DNA from: Candidatus Magasanikiibacteriota bacterium
GTDB taxonomy: Bacteria > Patescibacteriota > Patescibacteriia > Magasanikbacterales > GWA2-37-8
Direction: 5' to 3'
Length of the DNA: 36,643 nucleotides
Assembly: GCA_943359595.1 (NCBI GenBank)
Contig: CALRIA010000005.1
Location: 1-36,643 of the forward strand
Shown here: positions 1-9,438 of the stretch, piece after piece
How positions within the stretch are numbered: the first letter of the stretch is position 1
Layout: every line of letters begins with the position of its first letter
Position numbers and translations under genes: made by a program
The notes under the pieces: generated by a model
What the model was told of the DNA's origin: nothing
Databases searched by the model: none
What the model saw: the letters and a program-made list of their open reading frames with translations, nothing else

Positions 1-291
1 GGTTACCAAATTGACAGTTTCCCCAACCGCGAAATGTTTTTCCAAATCACTCAAATAAACCTCAGAAGGTCTAGTAGCAATACTAGTAAAACCACGCAAT
101 TTAGGGGTTGACTGCATCAAACGTTTGAAACCTTTCAATTTCAAACCACGACTACCACCAGAACGTGCAGTCTGTCCTTTACCACCATGTCCGGAATAAT
201 TTCCATGACCAGAGGCGTTACCACGACCAAGTTTTTTGGCAGTATGGCGGGAACCTTTAGAAGCCTTTAGAGTATGGATGGCTAATTTCAT
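1..291 (-). CDS. rplO: 50S ribosomal protein L15 (5' part; runs off window start)
   Basis: Not in ORF track. Manual translation from ATG at 291: MKLAIHTLKASKGSRHTAKKLGRGNASGHGNYSGHGGKGQTARSGG, the L15 N-terminal GRG..SG.G...G.G.KGQ.ARSG motif. Directly follows rpsE. Confidence 0.95.
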   Translation of the reverse strand, partial: MKLAIHTLKASKGSRHTAKKLGRGNASGHGNYSGHGGKGQTARSGGSRGLKLKGFKRLMQSTPKLRGFTSIATRPSEVYLSDLEKHFAVGETVNLVT

Positions 292-299
292 ATAAAAAA

Positions 300-875
300 T
301 TATTTTTTAGTTTTGTTAGTTTTAGCAGTACTAACTTTTTCTTCATCTTTTGCTTCAGGAACTGGAGTAGACACAACGATACTTTTTGCTGTATGTCTTG
401 GAGTGCTCTGACGCAAAGCTTTTAAAGCTTCAAAAGTAGCTTTAATAATAGTAATTTTATTTTTAGTTTTACCAATAATCTTGGAGGAAACATTTGGTAC
501 ACCAGCTAAATCCAATACAACGCGCACGGCGCCACCAGCGATGATACCAGAACCCTTTGGAGCTGGTTTTAACATTACTTTGGCTGCCTTAAATTTCATA
601 TAGACTGCATGTGGAATAGTTTCATTGATTATCGGCACTTTAATCAAGTTCTTTTTGGCCTGACGAGTAGCTTTGTCTACACCAATCTGCACATCTTTAC
701 CTTTTTCAACTCCAAAACCAACTCGGCCCTTACGGTCACCGACTACAACTAACGCACGAAAACTCATATGCTTACCACCTTCAGTAACACGAGTTACGCG
801 AGCTAAATCCAAAATATTGGAATCAAACTCGGACTTTTCTTGTTGTCTACCTGGTCTCTTGAAACTTTTTTGCAT
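300..875 (-). CDS. rpsE: 30S ribosomal protein S5
   Basis: RVTRVTEGGKHMSFRALVVVGD, PAPKGSGIIAGGAVR motifs; spc operon position. Confidence 0.97.
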   Translation of the reverse strand: MQKSFKRPGRQQEKSEFDSNILDLARVTRVTEGGKHMSFRALVVVGDRKGRVGFGVEKGKDVQIGVDKATRQAKKNLIKVPIINETIPHAVYMKFKAAKVMLKPAPKGSGIIAGGAVRVVLDLAGVPNVSSKIIGKTKNKITIIKATFEALKALRQSTPRHTAKSIVVSTPVPEAKDEEKVSTAKTNKTKK

Positions 876-897
876 AAATTTAAATCAATATTACAAA

Positions 898-1272
898 TTA
901 AAATTCCAAGCCACCAGCGCGAGCACCATCGGCCAAAGCCTGAACGCGCCCATGGTATTGATAACCACCACGATCAAAAACTACCTTAGTAAAACCGGCT
1001 GCCTTAGCTTTTTCAGCTAATTTTTTTCCGACTAAATAAGCAGTGGCAATCTTACCGGTCAAACCTTCTGCTTTCTCTTTGCCAACATCTTTTGCACTAG
1101 CTTGAGAAATGGTTTTACCAGCTTCATCGTCAATCAACTGAACAGTAATAGTTCTTAAACTACGAAAAACAGACAAACGCGGTCGTAACTGTGTACCACT
1201 CAAACGAGCGCGTACACGAGCGTGACGTATTTGGCGTAATCCATTTTTATTTTTCTTAGTCAATCTACGCAT
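898..1272 (-). CDS. rplR: 50S ribosomal protein L18
   Basis: RPRLSVFRS and [28 protein letters not shown]. Confidence 0.97.
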   Translation of the reverse strand: MRRLTKKNKNGLRQIRHARVRARLSGTQLRPRLSVFRSLRTITVQLIDDEAGKTISQASAKDVGKEKAEGLTGKIATAYLVGKKLAEKAKAAGFTKVVFDRGGYQYHGRVQALADGARAGGLEF

Positions 1273-1297
1273 ATGTTTATATATTTTTTAAACTAAA

Positions 1298-1846
1298 TTA
1301 TGCAGCCCCTTTAGCGGCAGTCTTACCTGCTTTACGGCGTACTACTTCACCAACATATTTGATGCCTTTGCCTTTATAAGGTTCTACTTTTTTAGTACTA
1401 CGAATCTGAGCTGCCATTTCTCCAACCATCTGTTTGTCAGTTCCACTAACTGTAATAATATTTTTTTCTACTTCAAACTTAATACCAGTTGCCGGTTTTA
1501 ATTCTACCGTATGAGAAAAACCAACTTCCAATACCAAATCTTGACCCTTTAGGATAGCTTTATAACCAACACCATTGATCTCCAGTTGTTTTTTAAAACC
1601 AGCAGTTACACCTTCCAACATATTTTCAATGATACTAGAAAATGTACCCCATAAAGCTTTGTCTTTGGTGTTTTCTTCGTTGACGACACTAACAGTCACT
1701 TGACCTTCGCCAGTAGATACAGTAACACGTGGGTGTAATTTTTGGTGTAATTCACCTTTTGGTCCTTTTACTACCAAATCATCACCTTTTATCTCCACAG
1801 TTACTCCTTGTGGAATTTTTCTAACTTTTTTTCCAATACGAGACAT
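1298..1846 (-). CDS. rplF: 50S ribosomal protein L6
   Basis: MSRIGKK start, VKGPKGEL, EPYKGKGIKY. Confidence 0.97.
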   Translation of the reverse strand: MSRIGKKVRKIPQGVTVEIKGDDLVVKGPKGELHQKLHPRVTVSTGEGQVTVSVVNEENTKDKALWGTFSSIIENMLEGVTAGFKKQLEINGVGYKAILKGQDLVLEVGFSHTVELKPATGIKFEVEKNIITVSGTDKQMVGEMAAQIRSTKKVEPYKGKGIKYVGEVVRRKAGKTAAKGAA

Positions 1847-1871
1847 ATGTTTTTATTATTAATTCTGTCGA

Positions 1872-2261
1872 TTAATATACTTCGCAAATTAATTCACCGC
1901 CTAGTTTACCTTCTCGAGCTTCTTTACCAGTCATAATGCCTTTAGAGGTAGATAAAACTGATATACCATAACCATTAAGCACTTTCTTGATATCTGCAGC
2001 CTGTACATAATAGCGTGAACCTGGTTTGCTAATTCTTGTAATACTTTCCAAAGCACCCTGACGTCCAGAATACTTCAAAGTCACCACAATTTGTGGAAAT
2101 TTATCTTCGTTAATTAAAGCTTTTTCCAAATATCCTTCTTTTACCAAAATTTCACTGATTTTCATCTTTAATTTGGAATATGGAAATGTCGCTTCATGTT
2201 TGCGCACCTTGTATGCATTACGTATGCGGGTGAGCATGTCCGCGATTGGATCAGTCATCAT
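1872..2261 (-). CDS. rpsH: 30S ribosomal protein S8
   Basis: MTDPIADMLTRIRNA, ISKPGSRYY, LSTSKGIMT. Confidence 0.97.
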   Translation of the reverse strand: MMTDPIADMLTRIRNAYKVRKHEATFPYSKLKMKISEILVKEGYLEKALINEDKFPQIVVTLKYSGRQGALESITRISKPGSRYYVQAADIKKVLNGYGISVLSTSKGIMTGKEAREGKLGGELICEVY

Positions 2262-2299
2262 AAATACAGTTGTTATTTAATGTTATAAAATATAATTAA

Positions 2300-2485
2300 T
2301 TACCAGCTTGACTTTCGTACGCCTGGTAATTTACCAGCGTTAGCCAATTCACGAAAGCAAATACGGCACAAACCAAAATGGCGAATGAAAGCACGCTTGC
2401 GACCGCATTTCCAGCAGCGGCGCACGATACGAGTAGAAAATTTTGGTTTTTTATTTGATTTGGAAATTTGTGCTTCTGTTGCCAT
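2300..2485 (-). CDS. rpsN: 30S ribosomal protein S14, Zn-binding (type Z) form
   Basis: 61 aa, RCWKCGR...[22 protein letters not shown] (two CxxC pairs). Confidence 0.96.
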   Translation of the reverse strand: MATEAQISKSNKKPKFSTRIVRRCWKCGRKRAFIRHFGLCRICFRELANAGKLPGVRKSSW

Positions 2486-2488
2486 ATA

Positions 2489-3031
2489 TTATTTTATAAA
2501 AGGAAAACCTAGATGAGTTAACAATGCTTTTCCAGCAACACGATCGATAGCAGTGGTGTTGATAATAATCTGTAAACCATGCATTTTTTCAATTTCACCA
2601 GTCTTTACTTCAGGAAAAGCAGTATTTTCTTTCAAGCCCAAAGTATAATTTCCTTGGCGATCAAAAGCTTTATCAGTAATACCACGGAAATCACGGATAC
2701 GAGGGAAACTAACGTTAACCAATTTTTCTAAAAATTGATACATACGTTTTCCGTGCAAAGTTACCACAACACCAATTTCTTGTCCTTGTCTAATCTTAAA
2801 ATTGGAAATAGCTTTTTTAGCTTTGGTGCGAACTGGTTTCTGACCAGTAATTTTGGAAAGAGTCTTTTCTACATTTTCAATATAACTTGCTTCTTTTATA
2901 AAACGACCAATACCTGCATTAATTACTACTTTAGTAACTTTTGGTACCTGCATGGTATTTTTCAGTTTTAGTTCAGCCTTCAAGGCTGGCACTATTTCGT
3001 CTTTGTATTTTTGGTATAAATTAGGAGTCAT
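2489..3031 (-). CDS. rplE: 50S ribosomal protein L5
   Basis: ITGQKPVRTKAKKAISNFKIRQG, PRIRDFRG. Start moved to ATG 3031 (MTPNLY) because the longer ORF overlaps rplX. Confidence 0.96.
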   Translation of the reverse strand: MTPNLYQKYKDEIVPALKAELKLKNTMQVPKVTKVVINAGIGRFIKEASYIENVEKTLSKITGQKPVRTKAKKAISNFKIRQGQEIGVVVTLHGKRMYQFLEKLVNVSFPRIRDFRGITDKAFDRQGNYTLGLKENTAFPEVKTGEIEKMHGLQIIINTTAIDRVAGKALLTHLGFPFIK

Positions 3032-3035
3032 AATA

Positions 3036-3344
3036 TTAGTCAATAAACTCTTTACATTTGCGGCAAACGCGTTTTTTATCTTTGCCATCTAATTTAAAAC
3101 CTACGCGAGTAGTATGGTTGCACTTTGGACAAACTAATGAAACATTTTCTACACGTACTGGAGCGGAAAGTTCAATCACTTGACCTTTTTCTCCGGCTTT
3201 GCGAGTACGCAGATGTTTTTTCATCAAATTTAAGCCTTCGACCACTACTTTACCGGCAATTGGAAAAACTTGAATAACTTTGCCTTCTTTGTTGCGATCT
3301 TTGCCCTTAATAATTTTTACTTTGTCGTTTGATTTAATCTTCAT
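3036..3344 (-). CDS. rplX: 50S ribosomal protein L24 (with CPKC/CRKC Zn ribbon)
   Basis: KOW motif DKVKIIKGKDRNKEGKV, VVVEGLN; C-terminal CxxC..CxxC. Confidence 0.96.
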   Translation of the reverse strand: MKIKSNDKVKIIKGKDRNKEGKVIQVFPIAGKVVVEGLNLMKKHLRTRKAGEKGQVIELSAPVRVENVSLVCPKCNHTTRVGFKLDGKDKKRVCRKCKEFID

Positions 3345-3356
3345 ATATATTTTAAT

Positions 3357-3728
3357 TTAGAGCACTTCCGGCGCCAAAGAAATAATTTTTTGGAACCCTT
3401 TAGAACGTAATTCACGGGCAATTGGTCCAAAAATACGAGTTCCTTTTGGTTCTTTTGTTTTACGATCAACAATCACACCAGCATTTTCATCAAAACGAAT
3501 ATAAGTTCCATCAGCACGGCGAATCTCTTTACATTGACGAACTACTACTACATGGACAACTTCACTCTTTTTTACCATACCATGAGGAGCAGCTTCTTTC
3601 ACTACACAAGTAATAATATCACCAATCTGGCCATAACGTTTTTTATAACCGCCCAAAACACGAATACACTGCAATTTCTTGGCGCCAGTATTGTCCGCTA
3701 CTTTTAACATTGAACGATGTTGCATCAT
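3357..3728 (-). CDS. rplN: 50S ribosomal protein L14
   Basis: [38 protein letters not shown]. Confidence 0.97.
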   Translation of the reverse strand: MMQHRSMLKVADNTGAKKLQCIRVLGGYKKRYGQIGDIITCVVKEAAPHGMVKKSEVVHVVVVRQCKEIRRADGTYIRFDENAGVIVDRKTKEPKGTRIFGPIARELRSKGFQKIISLAPEVL

Positions 3729-3739
3729 AAAAAATCGGG

Positions 3740-4006
3740 TTAACCATTAACTTTTAAAACTTCTACCAGTGTCCAACGTTTGGTAGCTGATAGCGGGCGA
3801 CATTCCGCAAAGCGAACTTTATCACCTACTTTAGCCGCTTGTTTTTCATCATGAACATGATATTTGCGACTAACAGTAAAACTTTTTGGATATTTCGGAT
3901 GTTTTTTGATACTGTCAACCTTTACAGTAATGGTTTTAGTCATTGCTGCACTGGTTACCAGACCAGTAAACGCACGAATTATTTTTTTAGTTTTTTCTTT
4001 TTCCAT
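3740..4006 (-). CDS. rpsQ: 30S ribosomal protein S17
   Basis: G.V.S..M.KTITV, HPKY, HVHDE, GDKV...[11 protein letters not shown]. Confidence 0.96.
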   Translation of the reverse strand: MEKEKTKKIIRAFTGLVTSAAMTKTITVKVDSIKKHPKYPKSFTVSRKYHVHDEKQAAKVGDKVRFAECRPLSATKRWTLVEVLKVNG

Positions 4007-4018
4007 ATAATCTTTAGA

Positions 4019-4432
4019 TTAAGGCTTTTCAATAAATTTAGTACGTACGCCTATCTTATAACCAGCCAAATCCATAGCAATCTTGGCCTGATCACGAGTG
4101 ATACCACCCATTTCAAACAAAATTGTTCCTGGTTTAATCACGGCGACATAATGATCCGGAGAGCCTTTACCACCACCCATAGGTACTTCATTACCTTTTT
4201 TGGTAACTGGACGATCTGGAAAAACACGGATCCAAATCTTACCACCACGTCGAACATAACGAGTCAACACACGACGAGCCGATTCGATTTGGCGGCTGGA
4301 AATCCAACCCTGGGTAGTACTTTTTAAACCAAACAGGCCAAAAGCAATAGCATTGTTGCGAGTAGCAACACCGCGGAAACGACCGCGTCCTTTTTGCCAT
4401 TTTCTATGTTTAACTTTTTTTGGTATCAACAT
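4019..4432 (-). CDS. rplP: 50S ribosomal protein L16
   Basis: [36 protein letters not shown]. Confidence 0.97.
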   Translation of the reverse strand: MLIPKKVKHRKWQKGRGRFRGVATRNNAIAFGLFGLKSTTQGWISSRQIESARRVLTRYVRRGGKIWIRVFPDRPVTKKGNEVPMGGGKGSPDHYVAVIKPGTILFEMGGITRDQAKIAMDLAGYKIGVRTKFIEKP

Positions 4433-4447
4433 ACAGTTTCAAAAATC

Positions 4448-5134
4448 TTATTTAGTTTTTTCTTTTTCCACTTCTTTTTTAGCAAATTTGTCACGGCGAC
4501 TAAAAGCTTCACCCTTATAGATCCAAACTTTAACGCCGATTTTTCCATAGATAGTACTTGCTTCAACAATAGCGTAATCGACATCACTGCGCAAAGTAAT
4601 TAGGGACATTTTTCCAGCACCCATAACTTCACGACGAGCAATTTCTACACCATTCAAACGTCCAGCAACTGCAAATTTCACACCCTGAGCACCGGCAGTC
4701 ATTACTTTTTCCATCGCTTGTTTCATGACACGACGAAAAGGAATACGACGTTCTATTTCAGTGGCCATACTTTGACCAACAATCTGTGCGGACAAAGCTG
4801 GTTGATTTACAGCTTGAATATTTAATTTTACTTTAGTTTTAAATTGTAAAATTTTCTTTTCAATTTCTTTACGGATAACTTCTAGACCTTCACCGTTTCT
4901 TCCGATAATCACACCTGGCTTAGCAGCCAAAATGGTAACCATCACTTCTTTAGGAGTGCGTTCGATGCTAATAGCATCGATACCAGCGTCCTTCAATTTT
5001 TTAGCCAAAAATTCTCGTATCTTAATTTCTTGTTCGATGATAGTAGGATACTGATCTTTTTTAGCATACCATTTTGAATCCCAAGCAAAAATGAAGGGAG
5101 TGCGATGAATTTTCGGATGAACTTTGTGTCCCAT
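4448..5134 (-). CDS. rpsC: 30S ribosomal protein S3
   Basis: MGHKVHP, KPGVIIGRNG (KH domain), GRLNGVEIAR, YGKIGVKVWI. Confidence 0.97.
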   Translation of the reverse strand: MGHKVHPKIHRTPFIFAWDSKWYAKKDQYPTIIEQEIKIREFLAKKLKDAGIDAISIERTPKEVMVTILAAKPGVIIGRNGEGLEVIRKEIEKKILQFKTKVKLNIQAVNQPALSAQIVGQSMATEIERRIPFRRVMKQAMEKVMTAGAQGVKFAVAGRLNGVEIARREVMGAGKMSLITLRSDVDYAIVEASTIYGKIGVKVWIYKGEAFSRRDKFAKKEVEKEKTK

Positions 5135-5148
5135 AGTATTAAATTATA

Positions 5149-5520
5149 TTATGATGTTTTTTTCACTTTCTTAACGGGCTTAGCAACCTCGGTAAGAATT
5201 AAACTGATATGTGAAGTGCGTTCACGAATTGGTGTAGCACGACCATGAGCTTTTGGCATCCAACGTTTTAACATTGGACCACCGTCAACCATAATAGTGG
5301 TCACAGCTAAATTTTCTGTTCCTAATTGAAAATTGTGTTTGGCATTTGCGATAGCGGAATTCAAAAGCTTAATTATAGGTCTAGCAGCTAGCTTATTGGA
5401 CAAAGTTAAAATCTCCAAGGCTTTGGCTACTCTACGACCGCGAATCAAATCAACCACCAAGCGCGCTTTGCGTGGGCTCATTCTCAAATAGCTTAATTTT
5501 GCAGTTACTGCCTGATTCAT
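5149..5520 (-). CDS. rplV: 50S ribosomal protein L22
   Basis: RMSPRKARLVVDLIRG, KLLNSAIANA, PKAHGRA...RTSHI. Confidence 0.97.
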   Translation of the reverse strand: MNQAVTAKLSYLRMSPRKARLVVDLIRGRRVAKALEILTLSNKLAARPIIKLLNSAIANAKHNFQLGTENLAVTTIMVDGGPMLKRWMPKAHGRATPIRERTSHISLILTEVAKPVKKVKKTS

Positions 5521-5551
5521 ATAAAAAATTTAAAAATCTTTTTATCTTTGA

Positions 5552-5884
5552 TTATTTTTTGGGAGCAGCTGGCTTAGCGGCAGCGGTAGTCTTAGGGGTA
5601 GCGGCTGTTTCTTGTTCTTTTGCCATTTTACCACCATGACGGACAAATTTCTTGGTTGGAGAAAATTCACCCAAACGGTGACCAACCATATTTTCATCGA
5701 CATAAACGCTAATGAAATCCTTACCATTATGTACCAAGAAGGTTACACCAACCATTTCTGGAGAAATTACGCAAGCGCGAGACCAAGTTTTGATAGGAGT
5801 TTTTTTACCACTCTCTTTAACTTTGTCTACTTTCTGTACGACACGTGGATCAATATATAGACCCTTTTTTAAACTTCTAGTCAT
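5552..5884 (-). CDS. rpsS: 30S ribosomal protein S19 (Ala/Lys/Thr-rich C-terminal tail)
   Basis: [31 protein letters not shown]. Confidence 0.97.
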   Translation of the reverse strand: MTRSLKKGLYIDPRVVQKVDKVKESGKKTPIKTWSRACVISPEMVGVTFLVHNGKDFISVYVDENMVGHRLGEFSPTKKFVRHGGKMAKEQETAATPKTTAAAKPAAPKK

Positions 5885-5891
5885 AATTTTA

Positions 5892-6737
5892 TTAATTAGA
5901 TTTCTTTCTACGTGAACTGATGATAAATTTGTTACTCCATTTTTGTGGCTTACGAGTCTTCACACCACGAGCAGCTTTACCGTAGATAGTGCGAGGACCA
6001 CGTTTTTGACCGATTGGAGAGTGTCCCTCACCACCACCGTGCGGGTGATCTACCGGATTCATGTTCTTACCCTTAACGCGAGGACGAATACCGCGCAATC
6101 TCATGCGCCCAGCTTTACCCCAACGAATTAAACGATAATCAGCGTTACCAACCATACCAACACTAGCAAAACAAGCTTTTGGAACAATGCGAGTTTCACC
6201 AGAAGGTAAACGTAACTGAGCATAATCACCTTCAATACCGGTAAACTGAGCAGATAAACCAGCGCCGCGCACCAGTTGACCTCCTTTGCCTGGAGTCATT
6301 TCAATACTATAAACAAATAAACCAACTGGTATATGCTCCAATTTCATACGATTGGCCACTTTGGCTTCAATTGCTTTATCAGAAGACATTACTGTATCGC
6401 CAACATTTAGACCTTGTGGGCACAAAATATAAGCACGAGTTTTGTCTAGATATTCAATCAAAGCTACACGTGGACCACGGTTTGGGTCGTATTCGATAGC
6501 TATTACAGTTGCTGGAGCGTCAAACTTTTTTTGTTTGAAATCCACAATACGATAAAAACGTTTAACACCGCCGCCTTGATGGCGAACGGTCAATTTACCC
6601 TGATTATTGCGGCCAGAGTTTTTTTTCAAAATCGAAATCAAAGACTTCTGTGGTTCAGATTTTGTAATGTCGGCAAAAGCATCCACACTGGATTTTCGGC
6701 GACCTGGGGTAGTTGGTTTGTAAACTTTAATCGGCAT
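5892..6737 (-). CDS. rplB: 50S ribosomal protein L2
   Basis: [36 protein letters not shown]. Confidence 0.98.
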   Translation of the reverse strand: MPIKVYKPTTPGRRKSSVDAFADITKSEPQKSLISILKKNSGRNNQGKLTVRHQGGGVKRFYRIVDFKQKKFDAPATVIAIEYDPNRGPRVALIEYLDKTRAYILCPQGLNVGDTVMSSDKAIEAKVANRMKLEHIPVGLFVYSIEMTPGKGGQLVRGAGLSAQFTGIEGDYAQLRLPSGETRIVPKACFASVGMVGNADYRLIRWGKAGRMRLRGIRPRVKGKNMNPVDHPHGGGEGHSPIGQKRGPRTIYGKAARGVKTRKPQKWSNKFIISSRRKKSN

Positions 6738-6761
6738 AATAATTTAAAATATTTTCGGTAA

Positions 6762-7274
6762 TTAAACGCCTTCATGAATTACGATCGTTTTACCTTTTGG
6801 TAAAGTAACAATCGCTTTTTTGAAATCACTTCTTTTACCTGAATGTTTACCAAAGCGCATAGATTTGCCTTGGACATTAATTACATTGACTCTCACTGGC
6901 TTAACACCATAAACTTCATGGACTGCTTTTCTAATTACGGCTTTGTTAGCATTGTTTACTACAATAAAACTATATTTATTTTCACTTTGTTTTATAGCAG
7001 ATTTTTCAGTCACCAAAGCGCGCACTAAAATGTTATTGATAATTTTTTTAAGTTTTTTAGGAGCTTCATGTTCATGACCTTCATGATTATCTTGCTCAAC
7101 CACTGTGGCAACTGCTTTTTTGGCAGGAGCTTTTTTGGTCGAAACTGCCGCTTTTTTAGCAGTAGTTTTTTTCACCTCACCCACTTCAGCTACTTTGGCT
7201 TCGGTTTTTGGTTCAGACTTTTTTTCTAAACGGTCAGTTTGATTCTTTTTTGACCAGCGATCAAGTAATCCCAT
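6762..7274 (-). CDS. rplW: 50S ribosomal protein L23 with ~75-aa N-terminal extension
   Basis: C-terminal ~95 aa have L23 motifs (LVTEKS, YSFIV, V..VNVINVQGK, FKKAIVTL). Lies between rplD and rplB, with ATG 26 nt after the rplD stop. Confidence 0.94.
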   Translation of the reverse strand: MGLLDRWSKKNQTDRLEKKSEPKTEAKVAEVGEVKKTTAKKAAVSTKKAPAKKAVATVVEQDNHEGHEHEAPKKLKKIINNILVRALVTEKSAIKQSENKYSFIVVNNANKAVIRKAVHEVYGVKPVRVNVINVQGKSMRFGKHSGKRSDFKKAIVTLPKGKTIVIHEGV

Positions 7275-7300
7275 ATTATTTAAACTCTAAAGTGATTAAA

Positions 7301-7930
7301 TTATTTTCCAAAGACTTCTTCCATTTTCTTAATCCCATCTTTGGAAGTTAAGATCACACCTTTGGAAAGTAAATCCATTACATTGCTATCTTGCGCACGC
7401 AAAGTCTTTACAATTTTCAAATTTTTGCTCATGCGGATAATGTCATCATTTTTATCAGCAGTCAAAACCAAAAATGTTTTTAACTTAGCTGGTAAAGATT
7501 TCAAAAAGCTAGCAAATAATTGTGTTTTTGGTTGTTCAAATTTGAAATCTTCTATCACCATCAAGTTACCAGACTGAGCCTTGTCAGATAGGCACATACG
7601 GATTGCAGCCTGACGAGTCTTTTTGTTGATTTTTGTTTTATAATTACGATCGGTCAATGGACCAAAAGCAACACCGCCGCCTTTCCAAATTGGAGAACGG
7701 ATAGAACCATGACGAGCGCGGCCAGTACCTTTTTGTTGCCAAGGTTTTTTACCACCACCACTTACTTCACCACGATTTTTAGTATCAGCCCAAGGTTCAC
7801 GTTGATTGTTGGTTTGTTGAACAAAAACTTGATGAACTAACTCTGGTTTGATTTTTACACCAAATACAGTATCGGATAATTCCATCTCACCAGTTTCTTT
7901 GCCAGCTAAATTGTAAACTTTAATTTTCAT
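7301..7930 (-). CDS. rplD: 50S ribosomal protein L4
   Basis: TKNRGEVSGGGKKPWQQKGTGRARHGSIRSPIWKGGGVAFGP. Confidence 0.98.
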   Translation of the reverse strand: MKIKVYNLAGKETGEMELSDTVFGVKIKPELVHQVFVQQTNNQREPWADTKNRGEVSGGGKKPWQQKGTGRARHGSIRSPIWKGGGVAFGPLTDRNYKTKINKKTRQAAIRMCLSDKAQSGNLMVIEDFKFEQPKTQLFASFLKSLPAKLKTFLVLTADKNDDIIRMSKNLKIVKTLRAQDSNVMDLLSKGVILTSKDGIKKMEEVFGK

Positions 7931-7950
7931 ATAAATAATCTTCTTTAAAA

Positions 7951-8658
7951 TTAGGCGTTCACAGTTTCTTCGCCAGCAGTTTCTACTGGGGTAGCTTCAA
8001 CTACCGGTTGTTCTTTCACTACTTCGGCCTTTTGTCCACTTTTACTAATTTTTAATACGCCTGGGCCCTGGATCACTAGCAAACTATTGCGACCACCAGG
8101 AACGGCACCTTTGATATAGATTTCATTTGTCTCTGGGTGAACTTCAACGACTTCCAAATTTTTGATAGTTACCTGATCACCACCCATACGACCAGCCATA
8201 CGCATACCTTTGAAAACGCGTTGTACACCACCAGCACCAATGGAACCAGGGGCACGCAAGTTGTCTTTATGACCGTGTGAAGCTGGACCACCGCGGAAAT
8301 GATGGCGCTTAACTACACCGGCAAAACCTTTACCTTTGGAGACACCCATTACTTCGATTTCATCACCAGCTACAAAAGTTTCTAGAGTTATAAAATCTCC
8401 ACGATTAATATCATCTGTTTTTTCTACTGAGAATTCTTTCAACCAAGAAACTGGAGCCAAATCTTTTAGATGGCCGGCTTCTGGTCTGTTTAAACGAAAT
8501 TCTTTCTTTTCTCCAAAACCAAGCTGAATAGCTTTTTCTTTTTCCTTAACTTGAATAATAGTACAGGGGCCAGCCAAAACACGAGTAACTGGCATCACTT
8601 CACCATTTGGTAAAAACACCTGTGTCATTCCAATTTTCTTTCCTAAAATGAATTTCAT
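7951..8658 (-). CDS. rplC: 50S ribosomal protein L3
   Basis: GKKIGMTQVF, GVSKGKGFAGVVKRHHF, RAPGSIG, MAGRMGG. Start set at ATG 8658 (MKFILGKK); 8673 is an alternative. Confidence 0.97.
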   Translation of the reverse strand: MKFILGKKIGMTQVFLPNGEVMPVTRVLAGPCTIIQVKEKEKAIQLGFGEKKEFRLNRPEAGHLKDLAPVSWLKEFSVEKTDDINRGDFITLETFVAGDEIEVMGVSKGKGFAGVVKRHHFRGGPASHGHKDNLRAPGSIGAGGVQRVFKGMRMAGRMGGDQVTIKNLEVVEVHPETNEIYIKGAVPGGRNSLLVIQGPGVLKISKSGQKAEVVKEQPVVEATPVETAGEETVNA

Positions 8659-8960
8659 AAAAATTGTTGTCATTGCTTCCCATCGGATGGGAAGATAACT
8701 GAATTAATTATTTAACAAAAAACTAGAAGCAATAACACTGTTTAAACCCAATCCTTCAGTGCTCTTGTTTCTAGCCTTCTTGTGGACAACTTTTGATTGC
8801 ACACGATTCACCCCCAAAGGGTGAATTTTATAGATGGCTTTAGTTTTTTATTTGTAAAAATCTTAATCTCCTGGCCAAATTTTTGCTGTGTAAATGTTTT
8901 TTGTTTCCCCGACTAAGTCGGAACAAATCTTATTTACTTGGCACTGATTGGCTTTGTAGT
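8659..8960 (-). promoter_or_regulatory. ~300-nt structured leader of rplC with a terminator/attenuator-like stem
   Basis: Several inverted repeats (around 8676-8694, 8806-8826, 8902-8926). A long imperfect stem at ~8715-8783 has a U-rich 3' strand on the minus strand. Confidence 0.55.
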
Positions 8961-8964
8961 GCTA

Positions 8965-8993
8965 ATAATAGCAGAAAAATTTTCTTCTGTCAA
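8965..8993 (-). promoter_or_regulatory. sigma70-type promoter for the rplC operon
   Basis: Minus strand TTGACA (8993-8988), 17 nt, TGc-TATTAT (8970-8965), immediately after the rpsJ stop. Confidence 0.75.
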
Positions 8994-9002
8994 GCCCAAC
9001 TA

Positions 9003-9362
9003 CTACATTTTTATTTCCACATCTACACCAGCTGGTAAGTTTAGATTCATCAGCGCATCTATACATTTTGGAGAAGCGTTTATAATGTCAATCAAACGTT
9101 TGTGAACACGCATTTCGAATTGTTCACGAGCATCTTTATGTACAAAGGTCGAACGATTCACAGTAAATTTGGTCTTTTCAGTTGGCAAAGGTACTGGACC
9201 GACAACTTTAGCTTCATTACGAACGGCGGTTTCAATGATTGTGCGAGTGGCCTGATCGATAACGCGATTATCGTAAGCACGAATTTTTACGCGGATACGA
9301 GTACCAACTTCTTCTTTGGCTTTTTCTTCTTTTACTTTGTTTGTAGGAGTTGTGGTTGTCAT
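9003..9362 (-). CDS. rpsJ: 30S ribosomal protein S10
   Basis: [45 protein letters not shown]. Confidence 0.98.
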   Translation of the reverse strand: MTTTTPTNKVKEEKAKEEVGTRIRVKIRAYDNRVIDQATRTIIETAVRNEAKVVGPVPLPTEKTKFTVNRSTFVHKDAREQFEMRVHKRLIDIINASPKCIDALMNLNLPAGVDVEIKM

Positions 9363-9404
9363 GTTATTTATTAAAATTAAAGAACTAATTAAAGAGCAAT
9401 TTTA

Positions 9405-9430
9405 AGGGGGCGTTATTTAGAACGCCCCCT
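9405..9430. terminator. GC-rich hairpin between tuf and rpsJ (terminator or mRNA-stabilising stem)
   Basis: AGGGGGCGTT-atttag-AACGCCCCCT perfect 10-bp stem; U-tract weak. Confidence 0.5.
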
Positions 9431-9438
9431 ATAAAATA

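Noticed and set aside
292-299. No rpmD (L30) between rpsE and rplO
   Set aside because: Real, but already well known for CPR bacteria; used only as a taxonomic hint.
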